Assembly (NCBI GenBank): GCA_963772785.1
Contig: CAVYYR010000005.1
Coordinates: 5,381-69,380 of the forward strand
From: an uncultured Bacillaceae bacterium
GTDB taxonomy: Bacteria; Bacillota; Bacilli; Bacillales; Halobacillaceae
Direction: 5' to 3'
Length of the DNA stretch: 64,000 nucleotides
Below are positions 57,335-64,000 of this stretch, in pieces. The stretch's first letter is position 1; each line of letters begins with the position of its first letter. A program made the position numbers and the translations under genes. A model generated the notes under the pieces. That model was not told where the DNA came from, ran no database searches, and saw only the letters and a program-made list of their open reading frames with translations.

Positions 57335-58761
57335 ATTTTGAAACGATTATAGGCCTAGAGGTCCACGTTGAATTAAAAACGGCATCTAAAATCTTCAGCC
57401 CGTCCCCGAACATGTTCGGAGATGAGCCGAATACAAACGTAAACCCGATTGATCTCGGGTACCCGGGCGTATTGCCTGTATTGAACGAAGAAGCTGTCAA
57501 CTATGCGATGAAAGCCGCAATGGCTTTGAATTGTGATATCGCGACGGACACGAAGTTCGATCGTAAAAACTATTTCTATCCGGACAACCCGAAAGCGTAT
57601 CAGATTTCCCAATTTGATCAGCCAATCGGAGAAAACGGCTATATTGATATCGAAGTGGACGGCGAGAAAAAACGGATCGGCATTACGCGTCTTCACATGG
57701 AGGAAGACGCCGGTAAGCTGACCCACAGTGATGATGGCTACTCCCTTGTGGACTATAACCGTCAGGGTACACCGCTTGTCGAAATCGTATCCGAGCCGGA
57801 CATCCGTTCACCAAAGGAAGCATATGCGTACCTGGAAGCTTTGAAAAATATCATCCAGTACACTGGTGTTTCTGATTGTAAAATGGAAGAAGGTTCACTT
57901 CGTTGTGACGCCAACCTGTCGATCCGCCCGATCGGTCAGGAAGAGTTCGGTGTGAAAACCGAGCTTAAGAACTTGAACTCCTTCTCTTTCGTACAAAAAG
58001 GACTTGAGTTTGAAGAAGTGCGCCAGCAGAAGGAACTGCTTTCCGGTGGAGAAATCCTTCAGGAAACACGCCGTTATGATGAACAAACGAAAGAGACTAT
58101 TCTTATGCGTGTTAAAGAAGGTTCTGACGATTACCGCTACTTCCCGGAGCCGGATCTTGTGCCTCTGCACATAGATGAAGCCTGGAAACAGCGTATTTTC
58201 GACCAGATCCCAGAGCTTCCGGCTGCCCGTAAGAAGCGTTATATTGAGGAACTTGATCTTCCGGAATACGATGCGATGGTGCTTACCAATAACAAAGAAC
58301 TCTCTGACTTCTTTGAAGAAACCATTGCTGAGGGAGCCGATATCAAGCAGGCATCCAACTGGCTGATGGGTGAAGTTTCCGCTTATATGAACAAAAACTA
58401 TAAAGAACTTCATGAACTCGCCCTTACACCAGCTTCCCTTGCGAAGATGATTAAGCTGATCGAAGATGGCACGATTTCGTCCAAGATTGCGAAGAAAGTG
58501 TTCAGCGAACTGGTTGAAAAAGGCGGCGATCCAGAGAAAATTGTTAAAGATAAAGGACTTGTCCAGATTTCCGATGAAGGTCAGCTGACCGAAATCGTAA
58601 CGACCATTCTGGATAACAATCCGCAATCCATTGAAGACTATAAGAACGGTAAAGACAAAGCGCTCGGATTCCTCGTCGGTCAAGTAATGAAAGAAACCAA
58701 AGGTCAGGCAAACCCGCCGATGGTAAACAAAATTATTTTGGCTGAAATGGAGAAGCGCTAA
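57331..58761 (+). CDS. gatB: Asp/Glu-tRNA amidotransferase subunit B
   Basis: [30 protein letters not shown]. Confidence 0.98.
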   Translation: MNFETIIGLEVHVELKTASKIFSPSPNMFGDEPNTNVNPIDLGYPGVLPVLNEEAVNYAMKAAMALNCDIATDTKFDRKNYFYPDNPKAYQISQFDQPIGENGYIDIEVDGEKKRIGITRLHMEEDAGKLTHSDDGYSLVDYNRQGTPLVEIVSEPDIRSPKEAYAYLEALKNIIQYTGVSDCKMEEGSLRCDANLSIRPIGQEEFGVKTELKNLNSFSFVQKGLEFEEVRQQKELLSGGEILQETRRYDEQTKETILMRVKEGSDDYRYFPEPDLVPLHIDEAWKQRIFDQIPELPAARKKRYIEELDLPEYDAMVLTNNKELSDFFEETIAEGADIKQASNWLMGEVSAYMNKNYKELHELALTPASLAKMIKLIEDGTISSKIAKKVFSELVEKGGDPEKIVKDKGLVQISDEGQLTEIVTTILDNNPQSIEDYKNGKDKALGFLVGQVMKETKGQANPPMVNKIILAEMEKR

Positions 58762-58779
58762 AGCCTGCCAATAGGTTAA

Positions 58780-58815
58780 ACGAAAGCACGCACGGCGGTT
58801 GGTGCGTGCTTTCGT
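58780..58815 (+). terminator. Hairpin after gatB
   Basis: ACGAAAGCACGCAC...GTGCGTGCTTTCGT. Confidence 0.7.
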
Positions 58816-58917
58816 ATGGATGAGGAAAACCCATCATATACTATAAAAAGTGTTTTCAAATTCAGGAAAAAGAGCTATGATGTTCTATGGAACAAGCCTG
58901 GATGAGGGGGTCATACC

Positions 58918-59832
58918 ATGAAACGTGCTCGAATAATTTATAACCCGACCTCTGGGAGAGAACTCATTCGTAAAGTCCTCCCTGATATTCTGCAGCGGTT
59001 TGAACAAACCGGCTACGAAACATCGACACATGCAACCACCCGTGCCGGAGATGCGATCGAAGCTGCAAAATACGCTGTAGATCGGGAGTTTGATGTAGTC
59101 GTAGCTGCCGGTGGGGATGGAACCATTAATGAAGTGATTAATGGTATTGCCGAACAGGACCACAAACCGAAGCTCGGCATCATTCCAGTCGGGACAACTA
59201 ACGATTTTGCACGTGCGTTAAATATACCAAGAAATATTCATAAGGCCGTCGATATCATTTTGGAAGAGCATACTCAGCCGCTGGATATCGGCCGCGTGAA
59301 CGGTCATTACTTTATGAACATTGCCGGGGGAGGAAAGATCACCGAGATTTCCTATGAAGTTCCTAGCAAGCTGAAAACCATGATCGGACAGCTGGCCTAT
59401 TATCTTAAAGGAATTGAAATGCTGCCTTCGATCCGTCCGACACGCGTCGAAATAGAGTATGACGGCAAATGGTATGAAGGAGAGATCATGTTATTTCTCG
59501 TTTCCAATACCAACTCCGTCGGCGGTCTGGAGAAACTGGCTCCATCGGCCCGCATGGATGATGGATTATTCGACTTAATGATTATTGAAAAAATGAACAT
59601 TGCCGAATTCGTCCGTCTCGCCACACTTGCGATTCAAGGCAACCATTTGAATCATCCGAAGTTCATTCACACCACCGCAAGCCGCGTGAAGGTGAAGACG
59701 GATGAGAAAATGCAGTTGAACATTGATGGTGAGTTCGGCGGCATGATGCCGGGAGAATTTGTGAATCTATACCGCCACCTGGATTTCTTCTTACCGAAGG
59801 ATAAATTTCCAGGCGAATTAGAAGAATCGTGA
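58918..59832 (+). CDS. dagK: Diacylglycerol kinase (YerQ/DagK)
   Basis: NPTSG, GGDGTINEV, PVGTTNDF, NIDGE. Confidence 0.94.
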   Translation: MKRARIIYNPTSGRELIRKVLPDILQRFEQTGYETSTHATTRAGDAIEAAKYAVDREFDVVVAAGGDGTINEVINGIAEQDHKPKLGIIPVGTTNDFARALNIPRNIHKAVDIILEEHTQPLDIGRVNGHYFMNIAGGGKITEISYEVPSKLKTMIGQLAYYLKGIEMLPSIRPTRVEIEYDGKWYEGEIMLFLVSNTNSVGGLEKLAPSARMDDGLFDLMIIEKMNIAEFVRLATLAIQGNHLNHPKFIHTTASRVKVKTDEKMQLNIDGEFGGMMPGEFVNLYRHLDFFLPKDKFPGELEES

Positions 59833-59833
59833 A

Positions 59834-59867
59834 GCGCTGCTGTCCTATCCGGGGCAGCGGCGTTTTC
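59834..59867 (+). terminator. Terminator after dagK
   Basis: GCGCTGCTG...GGCAGCGGC plus T-run. Confidence 0.65.
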
Positions 59868-59939
59868 TAATGGTTTCATGAAACACTAGAATTTGTGATA
59901 AACTACGAACACAGAGTCTAACTAGAAAAGGACGGATAA

Positions 59940-61325
59940 ATGATGGCAAAACCAAAGCCGCCCGTACAGAAAAACCAAACCATACATCTGACGTTTGAGG
60001 ATTTAACCCATGAAGGCAATGGGGTAGGGAAAGTGGATGGCTATCCGCTCTTCGTACCGTATGGTCTTCCCGGGGAAGAAGCCGAAGTAAAAGTCGTCAA
60101 AGTGAAAAAGAACTTTGGCTTCGGTAAGCTCTTGAAGGTAAAAGAAGAAAGCGAAGACCGTGTCGAGCCGCCATGTGATGTGTATTACCAGTGCGGCGGC
60201 TGCCAGCTGCAGCACATGAGCTATAGCATGCAGCTTGAGATGAAGCACAATCAGGTGAAAAACGCGATGAAGAAAATCGGACACCTCGAACACGTTCCTG
60301 TCCACGAAACGATCGGAATGGCCGACCCGTGGCGCTACCGTAATAAAATTCAAATTCCCGTCGGACAAAAAGAAGACGGAAAGCTCAAGACCGGCTTTTA
60401 CCAGAAGCGCAGCCACAACATTATTGATATGGATACGTGTATTATCCAGGATGAGCTGAACGACCGCATGGTGGAAACCGTAAGGCACATCGCCACGGAA
60501 CTCAGCATCTCAGCTTATGATGAAGACACCCATCGCGGCACGCTGCGTCATATTATGGTCCGCACCGGGCAGACAACGAAAGATATTATGATTGTGCTCG
60601 TAACCAAAACGAAGAACCTGCCTGAACAGGACAAGCTGATTGATGAAATCCGTGACGCTTTTCCAAGTGTGAAGTCAATTGTTCATAACGTGAATAATCA
60701 GAAGACCAATGTGATTCTCGGCAAAGAAACCAAAGTCATCTGGGGCGACGAATACATCTACGATATGATCGGCGATATTAAATTCATGATCTCACCAAAA
60801 TCGTTCTATCAGGTCAACCCGACCCAGACGAAGAATCTATATGACAAAGCGCTCGAATACGCTGACCTTCGCGGCGGCGAAACCGTCATTGACGCCTACT
60901 GCGGCATTGGCACGATCTCCCTTTTCCTCGCCCAGCAAGCGAAAAAAGTGTACGGCGTCGAAGTCGTTCCCGAAGCCGTTACCGATGCGAAGAAAAACGC
61001 CCGTCTGAATAAAATGGACAACGCTGAATTTTATGTCGGACAAGCCGAAGAGCTGATGCCATGGTGGCGCAACCAAGGGCTCCGCCCGGACGTGATCGTG
61101 GTCGATCCACCACGTAAGGGCTGCGATGAAGAGCTACTTAAAGCCATGCTTGATATGGAACCGGAGCGTATCGTCTATGTATCGTGTAACCCTTCAACGC
61201 TCGCACGTGATTTGCGTGTTCTTGAGGATGGGGGATATGCGACACAGGAGGTTCAGCCGGTGGATATGTTCCCGCAGACGAGTCATGTGGAGTGTGTGAC
61301 TTGGCTTGAGAAGAAAGAGAAGTAA
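59940..61325 (+). CDS. rlmD: 23S rRNA (uracil-5)-methyltransferase RlmD/RlmCD
   Basis: TRAM domain, [40 protein letters not shown]. Confidence 0.96.
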   Translation: MMAKPKPPVQKNQTIHLTFEDLTHEGNGVGKVDGYPLFVPYGLPGEEAEVKVVKVKKNFGFGKLLKVKEESEDRVEPPCDVYYQCGGCQLQHMSYSMQLEMKHNQVKNAMKKIGHLEHVPVHETIGMADPWRYRNKIQIPVGQKEDGKLKTGFYQKRSHNIIDMDTCIIQDELNDRMVETVRHIATELSISAYDEDTHRGTLRHIMVRTGQTTKDIMIVLVTKTKNLPEQDKLIDEIRDAFPSVKSIVHNVNNQKTNVILGKETKVIWGDEYIYDMIGDIKFMISPKSFYQVNPTQTKNLYDKALEYADLRGGETVIDAYCGIGTISLFLAQQAKKVYGVEVVPEAVTDAKKNARLNKMDNAEFYVGQAEELMPWWRNQGLRPDVIVVDPPRKGCDEELLKAMLDMEPERIVYVSCNPSTLARDLRVLEDGGYATQEVQPVDMFPQTSHVECVTWLEKKEK

Positions 61326-61361
61326 GGTTTTAATAAGAAATAGGTTTGTGGAGGTGCTAGA

Positions 61362-61565
61362 ATGGAAGCGAATAAAAAGTGGTTAGCCATACCTGAAAAT
61401 GAAAGAAAGCAACTTATAGCAAACGTTTTTTGCCGCTCCTGTAAGGATGAAGTGACCATCAAAGATTTTATTATCGTTGATCATCCTATGGGTGTGATGT
61501 TAGAGGGTAAATGCAAAAACTGTGGAAGTAAGGCAGTAAGAGTAGTGGAGATGGATGAAGAATAG
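61362..61565 (+). CDS. Small zinc-ribbon-like hypothetical protein
   Basis: GGAGG SD; CRSC and CKNC pairs. Confidence 0.75.
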   Translation: MEANKKWLAIPENERKQLIANVFCRSCKDEVTIKDFIIVDHPMGVMLEGKCKNCGSKAVRVVEMDEE

Positions 61566-61636
61566 AGATGCAGGGATGGATTATCCTTGCTTTTGTACTT
61601 GGCTTTAATAAGGTACGCGGTGTACGGGGGGATTAA

Positions 61637-62278
61637 ATGAATCGAGTAATCAAAGGGCTAGGTATCGGATTCTTATCTATAGGTCTATTAAGTGGCTGTA
61701 TGGAAGAGAGACAAGGAAATATAACCAAAGAAGCCCCTATTAAAGCCGATACACAAATGGAAAAATCTAAAGAAACAGAAACGAAAGAGAAGGACCAATA
61801 TTATACCTTTCAAGATGTGGAAAAGTGGAAAGAAGCGCATTCATTCGAATTTGCCTTCGATAAAGTTTTCGGCCATGATAGACATTTTGGAATGGTTAAT
61901 GACGGTGAAATTAAATTAAATGAGAGAGATGATATAGTAAATACCGAGAATGGATTCGAGAAACGGAAAGTCATAAGTTCGGTCGCGTTATATATTGAAA
62001 TGGATGTAAATAAAGATACAAGACAAGAAATGATCGATTACCTTCATTATTTGAAATATAGCGGATTATTGGAACAAAAAGAACATGGATTTACAATTTT
62101 TATGTTTGTGTATCAACCGACCGAACCTGGTATGAATACTCCACAACCTCATCAGGAATGGCGCTTAAAATCCGATAAGGTTCACCAGATGAAGTTTGAA
62201 GGGAATAAGAAGAATATTTTAGGTGACATCAAGCGGTATGGAAGATTTAAAGGAATGAATAAAAATAATGCGATGTAG
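61637..62278 (+). CDS. Hypothetical lipoprotein
   Basis: GGGGG SD; lipobox LLSGC. Confidence 0.75.
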   Translation: MNRVIKGLGIGFLSIGLLSGCMEERQGNITKEAPIKADTQMEKSKETETKEKDQYYTFQDVEKWKEAHSFEFAFDKVFGHDRHFGMVNDGEIKLNERDDIVNTENGFEKRKVISSVALYIEMDVNKDTRQEMIDYLHYLKYSGLLEQKEHGFTIFMFVYQPTEPGMNTPQPHQEWRLKSDKVHQMKFEGNKKNILGDIKRYGRFKGMNKNNAM

Positions 62279-62424
62279 GATTTTTATTTCAAATTTTGTA
62301 TAAGCATGGTGGCTCCTAAGGGAAGCAACACATCAACGTCTGAACGGCCATGCAGGTTGGGCTGGTTTTTTGTTTTGAATTAATTAAGGATACATGCTTT
62401 TAGGTAATCGGGTTATTGACTATG

Positions 62425-62805
62425 AAAAATACCCCCCCTGTCTCTAGAAATAAAAACACTTTCTAGGACAGAGGAAGTGGTGTTGTTGGATAAAGTACTT
62501 TAGTGCAAACTGGGAACCCGGATTACGCTGCTGTTTAACACCTGAATTTCTTCAACTTGTCATGTGCTTAAATATAGCGTATATAGTTTCGCCCACATAC
62601 ATCATCACAAGTACCATTGACCGTAATCAATCGAAACTCCACCGAACTGTTACTAGCAAGAAGTCGTTCCCACTTCTTTGAGGCTAACAATCCGTTCTGA
62701 AAACAGCAGAAAAGACCTTGACTAATGAACGCTACGCTGATTTTCTGCATCGGCTCAGCTAACCTTACCTGTTTAGTTACAGTCGCTTTCAGGGCGACCA
62801 CGACT
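62425..62805 (-). ncRNA. Candidate ~380-nt structured non-coding RNA
   Basis: TTGACA (62841-36), 18 nt, TATAAA (62817-12); several hairpins, a 9-bp long-range helix, strand-specific terminator 62474-62424. Confidence 0.6.
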
Positions 62806-63049
62806 TGTTGCTTTATACTTTTTATAGTTTTTTATTGTCAAACTTTAAAACGACAGCGTTTTTACAGAGGTAGCGGCTCTGATCTTGTTGTGGTTACTTA
62901 TGCATTTAATAAAACCTTTTAAGTAGGATAAAGCAACTTTGAACTTTAGGTACTATCTACACAGAATGAATATTAGTAAAGGAAAGACCTGAGACTGTAT
63001 TTGATTTTATAAAGAGTAGCGGAATTTCAAGGCAAAAGTGATTAGCAGT

Positions 63050-63096
63050 AAAAAAGCAACCCTCTTCCCTCTTTTAAGGAACAGGGTTGCTTTTTT
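63050..63096. terminator. Orphan bidirectional terminator
   Basis: AAAAAAGCAACCCT...AGGGTTGCTTTTTT. Confidence 0.7.
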
Positions 63097-63296
63097 ATTT
63101 TGAAAAAATAGTAGTACAAAAATTATAAATAGAAAATGGTTAAACATATAATTAATGGTATGATCTAGCCAGTATTAATCATCAGAACTAAATATGTTAA
63201 AAATTACCTTACAACCACATATAGTGTGGTAAAATAACGATAATAAAATATAAAGATATAAAGTTCTTAATACAAATTTATAGGGAGGTTAATATA

Positions 63297-63620
63297 ATGA
63301 ATAATGAAATAAAAATTTATGAAGAATATCCTCAACGTATAATAATTGAATCGCCTCAAGAAAGCGGTGATAGAATAGTTTCATTGCTTTTAAAAGAAAA
63401 TTATTCTTTGATAGATTTCATTCCCAGTGGAATAGGAAGATCAAAAAATAATGCATTCAATATTAACGATGCTGAAATGAAATATTTTAGCATAATGAAA
63501 CTTGCCCAAACTATTAATACGGATGTTGAGATAATTGCTAATTTACTTAATAAAGAGTTTGGTGGATATTTACACAAATTCAATGATTACTATTTGGTGT
63601 CCGATAACCCCGGCTGTTGA
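63297..63620 (+). CDS. AT-rich hypothetical protein (107 aa)
   Basis: GGGAGG SD; no recognised motif. Confidence 0.65.
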   Translation: MNNEIKIYEEYPQRIIIESPQESGDRIVSLLLKENYSLIDFIPSGIGRSKNNAFNINDAEMKYFSIMKLAQTINTDVEIIANLLNKEFGGYLHKFNDYYLVSDNPGC

Positions 63621-64000
63621 CTTAATTCGTAGCTCTGTTTTTGCAAATTGATTAGATGAGTACTCTGATTTAAAATTCACATGCTAGTATTAACTTATTA
63701 AAAAAGTAAAATGGATTCACAAATTTATATTGGAGTGGATGCAAATGTTTTCATCCAATCGAGCAGAATTAGAAATTTATTTTGATTCAATCTTAGATGT
63801 GAGCGAATGAAGATGATCTACGACACGGCGGATTCCACTACGTAACAAATAATGTCTTATAGGGTTTAAATTTTGATTTCTCCAACTAAAGTCATCATAA
63901 ATCTCACCATATACTTCCATTTTCAACCTAGATATGGTTCAATAAAAGTGCCGTTACACTAAAACAGTGGTCTTTTAATTATCTAGTTATTACACTATGC

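Noticed and set aside
62410-62420. GTCAATAACCC (minus strand), like the HEARO/IS200-IS605 end
   Set aside because: Only 11 bp, outside the terminator, with no following end hairpin and no iscB or tnpB.
62752-62764. GGCTCAGCTAACC resembling the 3' block of the c-di-AMP riboswitch
   Set aside because: The upstream GCTGAATCC, GGGG and AGGTAGGG elements are absent, and no gene follows.
62568-62801. 77-aa minus-strand ORF (and 65-aa plus-strand ORF 62725-62922) over the candidate ncRNA
   Set aside because: No SD, GTG within a few nt of the predicted start site, no motifs; base pairing explains the sequence better. Leaderless translation is not formally excluded.
63777-63920. 47-aa minus-strand ORF (MEVYGEIYDDFSW...)
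   Set aside because: No SD and stops upstream in all frames; at most a gene remnant.

Overview
Bacillaceae chromosome segment, probably a Halobacillus-like moderate halophile (inferred from gene content and acidic proteins). Its core matches the B. subtilis yeaC-yefA region: moxR/DUF58/transglutaminase, guaA, pbuG, purEKBCSQLFMNHD, yerABC, pcrB-pcrA-ligA-camS, pruA-putP, gatCAB, dagK and rlmD. The left 14 kb is accessory: a frameshifted YhfW-like oxidoreductase, M14 peptidase, MhqR-type dioxygenase, ccdA/TlpA/two-component module, Cu/Zn SOD, FosB, NRAMP-like transporter and FGGY kinase. An AT-rich island begins after rlmD. Three guanine riboswitches and two PurBox pairs are visible. The most unusual signals are: (1) a promoter-to-terminator, highly structured ~380-nt candidate ncRNA on the minus strand (62425-62805) in the island; (2) four copies of a 500-820 bp composite palindromic repeat with nested non-coding insertions up to three layers deep and an interior found in both orientations relative to its outer flanks; (3) small genes absent from the ORF track, including a 42-aa membrane peptide coupled to putP and a 34-aa EYxxD protein antisense to the end of the pur operon. 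No rRNA, tRNA, CRISPR array, transposase or integrase was found.
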